The notes under the pieces were generated by a model that was given only the letters and a program-made list of their open reading frames with translations, ran no database searches and was not told where the DNA came from. A program made the translations under genes and the position numbers. From Nemertoderma westbladi (taxonomy: Eukaryota; Animalia; Xenacoelomorpha), in contig JAUCBJ010004144.1 of NCBI GenBank assembly GCA_032718475.1, positions 144,355 to 208,354 of the forward strand: a stretch of 64,000 bases of DNA. Direction: 5' to 3'. Every line of letters begins with the position of its first letter. Within the stretch, counting starts at the first letter, position 1. Shown here in pieces: positions 12,958 through 22,565 of the stretch.

Positions 12958-14016
12958 ATGAGTGACACACCCCATTCGACGAGATACCCACCTACCGACT
13001 ATGACTCGTGCGACCCGGACAGATCGACAGTAGACGAACCAAGAAGGAGAACCCGAGATTCCACCGATGTCACACCGCTTGCGTCGCCTGTACCCCGAAT
13101 GGAAATACCGGAAGCCGCAACGCGTGGCGACGGCAGAATCGAAGATTTCCTTACCGTCCCGCAGACTAGATCGCGGGAACCGGACATGGTAAGTTCGACT
13201 GGAAGCCAGGAGAACGTTATTAGAAGTATAGGAGGACACATGGCCCAGATTACTCGGAACCTCAGAGAAGGTTTTCGCGTTTTACGCGAGTTAACCGCCC
13301 CGATGTCGAGATACGAGTTCTACACCTTACAGGTAAGGATAGAAGGTAGGGTACATGCCTCCGTTGATAAACTTAAAGGTTTACACGAACTTGCAGAGTT
13401 GCGTGGCGACAACTTTACGCAGGTAAAGATAGTAGACAAATTGGTAAGTGCGAGAGAAAGCATTATCCAGTTTAAGTCGGTGATAAGATTGGCTCAACAG
13501 GAGCAGTTCGACCAACTGCTAGGTGAGTCAGTTTCGGACGCGTTGTTACAACCCGAAGAGGAAGAAGAACTCTACTGCTTGGACGGAAGGTTGGAAACGC
13601 TCACCAATTTTCTTCGTAGATGCGGCGTACCGATCGACGAACCAGAAGTCGAACCGCGAGGGACGACGGAAGTTCTCACTACAGAAGGCTCGCGAGCCTA
13701 CCAGCATCCACCTCTGGATAGATCGTTCGTTAGCGTACGGAGCGACGTTGGCAATGTTGGCGACGTTAGTAGAACAGCGTCTGGAATTACTCGACAACAA
13801 CAGGAGGTCGCACGCCGACAACAAGTCGCTGAGGAAGAAACACAACGACAATTGGCGCAGATTGCCATCAAAGGAGAAAGACAGCGTAGAGAAGACGTAG
13901 CGAAACTTGCGAAACTTCAAGCGCAGGCTGAGTTCGAAGCATCAGAAATGTGGAGACTGGAGGAGGACTTAGCGCGAGAAGCGGCCGCGGCGGCAGCAGC
14001 CGACGAGTTAGCCTGA
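12958..14016 (+). CDS. gag: Gag N-terminal portion of element A, in frame with the downstream polyprotein and separated by two TGA codons
   Basis: ATG at 12958 is in the same frame as 14134-21828. The coiled-coil/Ala-rich segment continues through TGA 14014-14016 and TGA 14041-14043. The N-terminus MSDT...CDPDRS is shared with element B. Confidence 0.85.
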   Translation: MSDTPHSTRYPPTDYDSCDPDRSTVDEPRRRTRDSTDVTPLASPVPRMEIPEAATRGDGRIEDFLTVPQTRSREPDMVSSTGSQENVIRSIGGHMAQITRNLREGFRVLRELTAPMSRYEFYTLQVRIEGRVHASVDKLKGLHELAELRGDNFTQVKIVDKLVSARESIIQFKSVIRLAQQEQFDQLLGESVSDALLQPEEEEELYCLDGRLETLTNFLRRCGVPIDEPEVEPRGTTEVLTTEGSRAYQHPPLDRSFVSVRSDVGNVGDVSRTASGITRQQQEVARRQQVAEEETQRQLAQIAIKGERQRREDVAKLAKLQAQAEFEASEMWRLEEDLAREAAAAAAADELA

Positions 14017-14043
14017 CAGGCGGCAGCTGACGAGTTAGCATGA

Positions 14044-17000
14044 CAGGCAGCAGCCGACGAGCTAGCACGAGTTGCGGCGGTAAACGCAGCTGAGTTAGCA
14101 CGGAAGAAGGCAGCATCCGACGCTCGCGCCAACTTGGAGGCGCGACAAATAAACGCTCGTTTAGCTATACAGGAAGCGGAGTTAGCGGCACAACAACAAG
14201 TAGCGGATCGACGCGAAAGAGAGATGCAACTACAGTTCGAACTGAATCGTAGATCGCGCGAGGCAGCGAACGCGCAAGCGGACCTCGAACTCGACGCGAG
14301 AGATAGATCTATAAGATCGCGAACTGGACACGACTTGTCTGCCCTGGATCGCATGGAGACTCGATATCGCGGAATACAGAAGCGAATCGAGGAAGGAAGT
14401 GTGGGAGCGATAGATCGAGGAGAGGAGTTCGTCGAGGATTACTGTAAACGTTTTCCCCAAGTTATTCCTATGCTCAAACCCACGACTCCGATAAAACCGG
14501 TCTTTGTTACGAAACCTAAGGAAATAACGCCTGTGCGTTCGACGCAAGGCAACAGGTTTGTTGTGACGGAAATACCGCAACCTAGGGCGACTTCATTGCC
14601 AATTTTAGCAGGTAACATAACTAGTCCACCTACAGTAAGTCGTAGTTTACTTGTGGAGAGAGACGAACCTGCGTTTATGACAGTAAAACAGGTGAGTAAA
14701 CCATTACAAGTTGAACCTGTAACGCGCTGCGCGAACCCAGTCATTTATAAACCTACAGTAGAGCTTAACTCCGATGTTTTTACTAGACCTCTCACCCAAT
14801 GTTTAACGAGACCTACGACTTCGTGGAAGGCTTGCGAGCCTGCCGAACAATGGAGAGCCGTAGATCTCAGACCACAACGAACTCGACCAAGAATAATACG
14901 CCGGACGCGAACCCGCCAACCACCTTATCCGGACGACAGCGATTCATCCAGTGACTCGGAGTCGACGGAACGGGAAATATTCCGTACTGGAGCGGCAGCG
15001 GCAGCGGATTACAAACGGGAGGAACGATCGACGAACCCCTATATCGATAATCCTCCACGAGAAACACCCCAACAGAAACCCACGTTGCAACCAGCGGAAG
15101 CGATCAGCACCAACAGACTCGCCAAAATAATGCGACCTGTAACGGACCGACTAGCTCAACTCGAAGAACGACTTGAAGAGCAACCGTCGGATCGATCTCG
15201 AACCAGCGTGGAGTTGGAACAACCTAGACAACATCGACCACCGAGGAGAGAACAGGAGACTAGACGGACTCCGACACATCAAGAAGAAGATCCCGTTAAT
15301 AATTCCTACCGACGAACAACGCGCGGAAGGGAGCGACTGGACGACGCCACCGAACAGGGACGCGGACAGTTGGATTTGGTTAGCGAGATTGCGAAATTCG
15401 CGGCTAGACACGGATTACCGGCACAGCAACCGCCAAAGTTCTCTGGCAACGCGAAACACTGGCGCACACTGGTAGACTACGTAGAGTCCCAGATCGCTAA
15501 GTGTGCTTTCACCTCGACGGAGAAGTTTAATTACTTGCTCCTAGTCCTGTCTGGTGAGCCGAATCGATTAGCGGAAACCTTTATTGGTGTTCCCGATGCC
15601 TTCGAGTTGGCTTACGACCGTTTGTATTCGATTTACGGCGGTAACGTAGCCATGGCTAAATCCATCATTGAAGACCTCTGCAGAGGAGGCAACATTTCGA
15701 AACCGATCGACCTTTTACGACTCGCGGACGAAATCAAGAACGCTATAGGGACTTTACGATCCATTGGACAACTAGAGTATGCTAACGCACCGACGGTTCT
15801 CATTCGAATAATCGGTCGACTTCACCATCGACTACGAAGAGAATGGCGACGCATCGAGTACCAACGCGAAGAGGCCGGAGGGTTATTAAAACTCACCGAT
15901 GTCTATCAACTGATTTCACGGGAGGCCGTGATCGAGACTCGATCGAACTATACCGATCACCATATCGCGGCGGAAGGGATAGCTATTTCTGCGCCGAATC
16001 GGACTAAACCGTTTCCGGCGAACGCGAAAGCCGTTACTTACACCACCCCTACTGAGACTTCTAAAGTTCTGACGCCTATCGGCACCACGCAGCCACGACA
16101 ACAGTTGCCGGCGGACTTTATGGGATGTTCATACTGCGAGCGGAACGGCAGAAACCATAGCGGACATAAACTACGTGGATGTCGCGCTTTTAATGAGTTA
16201 GGAATCGAGGAGAGGAGACTCCAAATCCGATCTCTAGATTCCTGTTGGAGATGTATGAAGCCAGGACACATCCGGAAGGATTGCCCGAGCGACGATACAT
16301 GTTCTCTGTGTGGACGTAACCATGACGCGTTGCTTCACACAACCAGTCATACTCCGACCAGATGCTTTCGACGAGAGCATCCAGATAAAGCGGCTAGATG
16401 CGACGCGCTTTATAAGGAGCGTGCGCCGCGCGAGATCCGTACCTTTTATACCGACTGTATGGATCAGTCAGGATCATCGGACGAGGACGAGGAGGAAGAC
16501 GACACTTTCTACGTGCATGCAGGTGAGGAACAGCCATTGATAACGCTCCTCACACAGAACCAACTGAAAGGGTTTAGCGTGATTCCTATAAAGATTACCG
16601 GAACCCGAGGGAGCAAGCGTATATACGCCATCTTAGACTCTGCGTCATCGCATAGTTATGTCGACGAACAAGTAGCCGACGTAGTTACGGACATGAGTCA
16701 AGGTAAGACTGCTCAGTATACTGTAAGCAGCATGCATGGTAAGAGAGCGATCCCTGTGACGAGAGTAAAACTAACTTTAGACACTCTTCTTTCCAAAGCG
16801 GAACACAGCAAGGAGGAGCGCTCATTACTTCCGGTAAGAAATTTGACCTTTGCAGCTACGAAGAACTTTAGCAACTTGCTCGGCCCTGTGCCAGAGCAAT
16901 CACCGGAAGATCGTAAGTATTTCCGACACCTTGGAATACCAGAATGTCCTGTTAATTATCGTTCCATTGCGATGTTAATTGGGACAGACCAGTTTAACTT

Positions 17001-20000
17001 ATATCAGGTATGGGAGACATGCCCATCTGTTATTACAGCGGGCAACCCCTATGCATGTAGAACTCCCATAGGTTGGTATACTAGAGCACCAATACGTTCA
17101 CTAGAGGTAAGTGACCAGGAGGACGACGTTTTGAGTACGTGTAGTTTATTGACTAACACGATAGATAATTCTCCTTCACACTCCTGTGGTCCAATTGTAC
17201 GGACGGCACTACGACAGACTTGCGTCACTAATGCAGACGCCACCGATACTGACGTAACCGATCTGGACACGACCATACGGACCTCTGACTTACAACTACT
17301 TGCAGTAGACCAGGTTGTATTGACTACTGAAGACCAAAGGGTTGTTGCCGTGGATGACTCGATGAACGAGGATTTTGGAAGGCTTGCGAGCCTACCGAAA
17401 AATCCGAAGGTCATTGACCCCACCCACCAGGCTTCGACACCGGTCGTTGATCTTGGAAGGCTTGCGAGCCTACCGATAGATCAAGAAGTTGTCAAACCGC
17501 CGCACGACGATTCAACGCCGACTAGTGACACCGGAAGGCTTGCGAGCCTACCAGACACATTGACACTAGCCACCGCAGCGGACGAAGACGTGGACGAGGA
17601 CCATGGCGCAGTGCAAGCAGCGCTTGACCAACTGCTGACTGAACGGACCATACAATGGTTGGAACAGGACTCAGCAGAACCCGGTAGTTACGAGACTGCT
17701 ATGTCAGAACAGGAAAAACGGTCATTAAATATTATGAGAGATACCATTCGCCAGACCGCGAATGGCCACTATGAGGTTGGTATGTTGTGGCGCAATGGAC
17801 AACCTAAACTCGTTAACAATTACCCGCTTGCTTTGAGGCGACTCAAATCAATAAGGCAGCGATTGTTGCGAGACGAGACAGCCCATATGCAATACAATGC
17901 ACAACTTCAGACGTATCTCCAAAAGGGATACGCCATTAGGATGTTAAATCCCGAGGTAACCACAGACCAGACATATTACCTGCCACATCATTTTGTTCGA
18001 CACCCGGACAAACCTGGCAAGGTGCGTGTAGTCAACGACTGCGCTGCGCTTTACCAAGGGATGTCTATGAACAGCGAACTGATGGACGGGCCGAATATGA
18101 ATAATTACCTCATGGGAGTCCTAATGCGTTTTAGACAACGCAAAGTGGCTTTCACCTGTGACGTAGAGGCCATGTTTCACCAGGTTAAGGCTTTGGAGCG
18201 GGACAGGGACAGTTTGAGGTTTCTTTGGTATCCGGACGGAAACTTACAACTTCCGCCAAAAACTTACCAAATGAAGGTAAGAGTATTCGGAGCCAGGGAC
18301 AGCCCCAACTGCACCATGTACGCATTAAAGAAGACCGCATTGGACAGACGAGACCAATTAGACCCAGAAGTAGTTCGGACCGTGGAACGAGATTTCTACG
18401 TGGATGACGGCCTCAAGAGTTGTGACACCTTGGAGCGCGCTACAACCGTAGCACACCAACTCCAGAATTGTCTCGCTGAGGGCGAATTTCACCTGACGAA
18501 GTTCGCTTACAACGAACCCGAACTGGTGAACTCATTTGACCCGACGGATCGCAGTGGAGGTGACTTAGACTTAGACCTAGAACCTCTGCCGACGACCAAA
18601 GTATTAGGACTTAGTTGGGACCCTAACACCGACAATTTTAGGGTACGTGTAAGGTCCAATGACCAGACTAGACCTCTCACTAAGAGGACTTGCTTATCGA
18701 CTATGAGTCGATTGTATGACCCATTGTGTTTCATTAGTCCAGTGATCCTACACGCTAGGATCATACTCCGCAGCATTTGGCAAGCCGGACTGGAATGGGA
18801 CGATCCCATCCCAGAAAAGTTAGCTGAGCGATGGAGGGACTGGGAAGCCCAACTGACATTCCTACAAGACTATACCATACCAAGGGTATACTTTCCTTTG
18901 CAAACCACCTTTCCTGCCGATTTAGAGCTTCACAGCTTTAGTGACGCTAGCAAGGATGGATTGGGGGTTACTTTATACCTTAGACGACAAGTGACATCGG
19001 ACAGCTACGATGTATCTCTCGTTACTTCAAGGGCTAGAACAATGCCATTGAAGTATATGACTGTACCTCGTGGGGAGCTGCAAGCCGGGACGATATCCAC
19101 CGATATTGTCAGTCTAGTTCAACGCGAGCTGGAGGCTAACTTGAAGGTCACATATTGGACGGATGCGACGTTGGTACTTTGGTACATAAACAACGAAGCA
19201 TTTGAGTTCAAGACTTTCGTAGCCAACAGACGGGCTGAAATATTAGACCGGTCGCTCAAACAAGATTGGCGTCACTGTCTAGGGAAGCTGAACCCAGCTG
19301 ACATCGCGTCACGGGGTATGCAACCGCTTGACTTTTGTAAACCGGACAATAAATCCTTTTGGTTTAGAGGACCTGATTTCCTACAGCGACCATCAGACGA
19401 ATGGCCACCGTTATTCGACGCGACAACCAACACCATACCAGAGGGTGCCGAGATAAAACTCGACAAGGTTGTCAAGTCTAAAGCGAAAGCCAACGCCAAG
19501 GTCAAGAGGAAAAAAGGACGGACGAAATCTGATGACCTGGACGCCAGACCTGACATTACGCCAGACGTCTCGCCAGACACTCGACCAGACGCTTGTACGA
19601 ATCCTTCGCCGGATGTTCCGCGGGAGATTTCACCAGACGTTTCGCCGGATTGTTCACCAGATTACTCGCCAGACTATTCACCAGAAGAGACACCAGATTG
19701 TTCTCCGGATTGTTCGCCAGATTGTTTGATGGAACTCTCGACGGAATGTCTACCGGACGTCTCACCAGACTTTCCACCAGACATCTCGACAGACTGTCCA
19801 CCAGACTTTAGACCAGACTTTGAACCAGACTTTCTGACAGAAGTTACGCTAGACAGACTTTGGGACCGACGACAGGACATTTCGCTGGAAGTTCCGCGCT
19901 ATGTCTCACCAGACGTCTCACCAGACTGTTCACCAGACGCTTCACCAGACTGTCTACTAGACACTCCATTAGAAGAACCATTGGAGCGGACCTTTAGAGA

Positions 20001-21828
20001 CTTACCAAATTTGACTTCTTTGGACGACGAAGGTGTGGCCACAGGGATTACACTCCACTCGAAGAAGGTACTTGACTTACCTACAGGTAAACGTGTGACT
20101 AAGGTTAGGAAGCTTACAGGCTCACAGGAACACACTGGCACTGTAGAGTTGAAACCGTTACTGCCAGTCGACACATTAGGTGCGGACGGTAAAGGTAAGA
20201 CCGTAGAGATTGACGTACTTGGGGACTCAGACAAACCTACCGGAAGGCCCGTGGGCCTACCAAGTCCAGACAAGTATCTACCCTACGACTACACCTTACC
20301 CGATGACGTCACCAACACTTACGTTGACAGGATAGTGAACCTAACTAGATCATGGACTGACGCGTGCCGCAAGTTAGCATGGCTCAAACGTTTGAGACAA
20401 TATGCCAGAGGCAAACGCGACTTTCCTAGAAGACTTACCTTAAAGGAAATTGGCCACTGTGAAGTTGATATCATTCGTCATTATCAATTGCGATATTTCG
20501 CACGAGAGTTCACAGCGATCAAACAAGGTAAACAGATTAAGTCTTCACCGATTTTGAGTTGGAGTCCGATTATTTACCGGGGCTTACTTTGTCACAAGTC
20601 CAGACTCCAAAACATCGACTTTGCACTTGACTTTAGGTATCCTATCATCATACTGCAACACCATGAGTTACAGCGCGCTATGATACTGGACGCACATGTA
20701 CAACTCAAACACGTAGGTAGACACCACTGTCTATCACACTTACGCTCGAGGTTTGTACTGATTAGACCTAGTAAGGCACTGAGTTCGGTAACACGGAACT
20801 GTATTATTTGTAAGAAGGTGCACGCGAGGATAGGACACCAAGAAATGAGTGAACTACCACTAGCTAGATTACAGGCGTTTAGACCCCCTTTCACTGAGAC
20901 AGGGATAGACTGTTTTGGACCCATAATCGCGAAACGCGGAAGGGTACAGGTAAAACGTTGGGGATTGATCTTCACTTGCATGGCCAGCAGAGCTGTCCAT
21001 ATAGAGCGAGTGACAGACTTTACCACCAATGCCTTTATCCTAGCCTTACGGCGATTTATCGCTAGACATGGATTGGTCAAATCCATATACTGCGACCAAG
21101 GGACAAACTTTGTGGGTGCACGGAACGAAATAACCAGAGCTTTGAGAAAATTGGACCAAAACCAGATTTCCGAGGAACTACGTCCTCACCGTATTGTTTG
21201 GTTTTTCAATACTCCAGACAGTCCGTGGAGAGGCGGCGTTTGGGAAAGGCTGATTGGCTCAATAAAGACAGCTATGGCTAAAGTCGTACCGACGCAACAC
21301 ATCTTGACAGACGACCAATTGACGACGTTACTAATAGAAATCGAAGCAATCTTAAATACTAGACCGATCGCTTTGATCCCAGACAATAACGACGTACAGT
21401 TTGCCTTGACACCAGCGCACCTGCTTATGCAGGCGCCGACGACACTGTTGCCCATTTCGGTACCCGTTGATAGTGACGGATACGGCAACAAGGCTTGGAA
21501 AATCACTCAATTACTTGCAAATAAATTCTGGGAAATATGGCAGAAATATTATTTGCCCTCTATTTCGACCAGAACTTCTTGGTATCTAAATACCCGATGT
21601 TTAAGACGTGGTGACCATGTTTTATTAGCTGAAGCTAATCTGAAAAGACGGTTTTGGCTGACTGGAGTCATTTTGACCACGCACCCTACATCTGGTGTAG
21701 TGAGGACAGTTACTGTAAGAACTATCGACGGACGTACCGTAGATAGGCCTGTACAACGTCTCGTACTTCTTGAGGAGACTAGAAACGAGACGGGAGACTA
21801 CAAATCTCCACCCAATATTAGTAAATAG
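14044..21828 (+). CDS. gag-pol: BEL/Pao Gag-Pol polyprotein (Gag with three Zn knuckles, aspartic protease, RT, RNase H, integrase)
   Basis: Gag core PPKFSG. Knuckles CSYC...H...C, CWRCMKPGHIRKDC and CSLCGRNH. Protease AILDSAS; RT YYLPHH and FYVDDG; RNase H LHSFSDAS, YWTDA and NPADIASRG; integrase HVQLKH...CIIC, GIDCFGP, CDQGTNF and GGVWERLI. Confidence 0.97.
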   Translation, partial: QAAADELARVAAVNAAELARKKAASDARANLEARQINARLAIQEAELAAQQQVADRREREMQLQFELNRRSREAANAQADLELDARDRSIRSRTGHDLSALDRMETRYRGIQKRIEEGSVGAIDRGEEFVEDYCKRFPQVIPMLKPTTPIKPVFVTKPKEITPVRSTQGNRFVVTEIPQPRATSLPILAGNITSPPTVSRSLLVERDEPAFMTVKQVSKPLQVEPVTRCANPVIYKPTVELNSDVFTRPLTQCLTRPTTSWKACEPAEQWRAVDLRPQRTRPRIIRRTRTRQPPYPDDSDSSSDSESTEREIFRTGAAAAADYKREERSTNPYIDNPPRETPQQKPTLQPAEAISTNRLAKIMRPVTDRLAQLEERLEEQPSDRSRTSVELEQPRQHRPPRREQETRRTPTHQEEDPVNNSYRRTTRGRERLDDATEQGRGQLDLVSEIAKFAARHGLPAQQPPKFSGNAKHWRTLVDYVESQIAKCAFTSTEKFNYLLLVLSGEPNRLAETFIGVPDAFELAYDRLYSIYGGNVAMAKSIIEDLCRGGNISKPIDLLRLADEIKNAIGTLRSIGQLEYANAPTVLIRIIGRLHHRLRREWRRIEYQREEAGGLLKLTDVYQLISREAVIETRSNYTDHHIAAEGIAISAPNRTKPFPANAKAVTYTTPTETSKVLTPIGTTQPRQQLPADFMGCSYCERNGRNHSGHKLRGCRAFNELGIEERRLQIRSLDSCWRCMKPGHIRKDCPSDDTCSLCGRNHDALLHTTSHTPTRCFRREHPDKAARCDALYKERAPREIRTFYTDCMDQSGSSDEDEEEDDTFYVHAGEEQPLITLLTQNQLKGFSVIPIKITGTRGSKRIYAILDSASSHSYVDEQVADVVTDMSQGKTAQYTVSSMHGKRAIPVTRVKLTLDTLLSKAEHSKEERSLLPVRNLTFAATKNFSNLLGPVPEQSPEDRKYFRHLGIPECPVNYRSIAMLIGTDQFNLYQVWETCPSVITAGNPYACRTPIGWYTRAPIRSLEVSDQEDDVLSTCSLLTNTIDNSPSHSCGPIVRTALRQTCVTNADATDTDVTDLDTTIRTSDLQLLAVDQVVLTTEDQRVVAVDDSMNEDFGRLASLPKNPKVIDPTHQASTPVVDLGRLASLPIDQEVVKPPHDDSTPTSDTGRLASLPDTLTLATAADEDVDEDHGAVQAALDQLLTERTIQWLEQDSAEPGSYETAMSEQEKRSLNIMRDTIRQTANGHYEVGMLWRNGQPKLVNNYPLALRRLKSIRQRLLRDETAHMQYNAQLQTYLQKGYAIRMLNPEVTTDQTYYLPHHFVRHPDKPGKVRVVNDCAALYQGMSMNSELMDGPNMNNYLMGVLMRFRQRKVAFTCDVEAMFHQVKALERDRDSLRFLWYPDGNLQLPPKTYQMKVRVFGARDSPNCTMYALKKTALDRRDQLDPEVVRTVERDFYVDDGLKSCDTLERATTVAHQLQNCLAEGEFHLTKFAYNEPELVNSFDPTDRSGGDLDLDLEPLPTTKVLGLSWDPNTDNFRVRVRSNDQTRPLTKRTCLSTMSRLYDPLCFISPVILHARIILRSIWQAGLEWDDPIPEKLAERWRDWEAQLTFLQDYTIPRVYFPLQTTFPADLELHSFSDASKDGLGVTLYLRRQVTSDSYDVSLVTSRARTMPLKYMTVPRGELQAGTISTDIVSLVQRELEANLKVTYWTDATLVLWYINNEAFEFKTFVANRRAEILDRSLKQDWRHCLGKLNPADIASRGMQPLDFCKPDNKSFWFRGPDFLQRPSDEWPPLFDATTNTIPEGAEIKLDKVVKSKAKANAKVKRKKGRTKSDDLDARPDITPDVSPDTRPDACTNPSPDVPREISPDVSPDCSPDYSPDYSPEETPDCSPDCSPDCLMELSTECLPDVSPDFPPDISTDCPPDFRPDFEPDFLTEVTLDRLWDRRQDISLEVPRYVSPDVSPDCSPDASPDCLLDTPLEEPLERTFRDLPNLTSLDDEGVATGITLHSKKVLDLPTGKRVTKVRKLTGSQEHTGTVELKPLLPVDTLGADGKGKTVEIDVLGDSDKPTGRPVGLPSPDKYLPYDYTLPDDVTNTYVDRIVNLTRSWTDACRKLAWLKRLRQYARGKRDFPRRLTLKEIGHCEVDIIRHYQLRYFAREFTAIKQGKQIKSSPILSWSPIIYRGLLCHKSRLQNIDFALDFRYPIIILQHHELQRAMILDAHVQLKHVGRHHCLSHLRSRFVLIRPSKALSSVTRNCIICKKVHARIGHQEMSELPLARLQAFRPPFTETGIDCFGPIIAKRGRVQVKRWGLIFTCMASRAVHIERVTDFTTNAFILALRRFIARHGLVKSIYCDQGTNFVGARNEITRALRKLDQNQISEELRPHRIVWFFNTPDSPWRGGVWERLIGSIKTAMAKVVPTQHILTDDQLTTLLIEIEAILNTRPIALIPDNNDVQFALTPAHLLMQAPTTLLPISVPVDSDGYGNKAWKITQLLANKFWEIWQKYYLPSISTRTSWYLNTRCLRRGDHVLLAEANLKRRFWLTGVILTTHPTSGVVRTVTVRTIDGRTVDRPVQRLVLLEETRNETGDYKSPPNISK
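19540..19960 (+). repeat. In-frame 12-nt repeat encoding (x-S-P-D)n between RNase H and integrase
   Basis: Translation PDVSPDTRPD...SPDCSPDYSPDYSPEETPDCSPDCSPDC, from ccagac/ccagat/ccggat units. Confidence 0.9.
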
Positions 21829-22565
21829 ATGTGGGACCTTAATTGGCCGCCACATAGACCTACTGTATTTTAGTTATTTGTATTTGTTTAACTGTACGTG
21901 CATTTGTAATCCTCTTCACTGTAGATAGAGACAGCGGTGGAATTCCATTGTCTTTATACGTGAACATGGAGGGTAGTACCCTTATGTATCACATAGGAGC
22001 GGGATTGTGTGTACAGTAGGAATGGAATTCCACTTGGAACCCACAAGTGAGACAATTTTTCAAAAATTATTAGACAAATCCATTTATTTGGATTTAAATT
22101 TAAGAAAACGATTCTCCAGTGAAAGCAAATTCTAGAATACAGCTAGATAAAAATTAAAATTGGGGAGGACAAGAGCGGATGGAAGGCTTGCGAGCCTACC
22201 GATAAAATTTTTTTTGGAAAAAGAAAATCGGCCTTGTTCTACGTAGTTGTGTCTACTATTATTTAAACCAATTAATTCTCGACTGCACTATTTTTCTTGG
22301 GAAATGTAGTTTGGGAAATTAAAAGGTAAGTATTTTAGACTCGCGGCTAGTTTACCCGGAATTCGTTTTTTATCGGCACATTTTTTGGATTAGGAGCCAG
22401 TGCGAAATCACGCGAACCCGAAATCATTAGGCAAAATGGGTTGGGGTTTAGAGCAGAGTTGAGCCAAAAGCCGACAAACTCTAAGTCACCTCACATCTAA
22501 CCTCTATTTTGTGCTTCATCTAGTAGAAACGTAATGATATGTAACCACATATATATTCGTATACG

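Noticed and set aside
13523-21855. Antisense and alternative-frame ORFs overlapping gag-pol (also 45297-52666)
   Set aside because: They are shadow ORFs of a long coding frame and of low-complexity Ala/Glu repeats.
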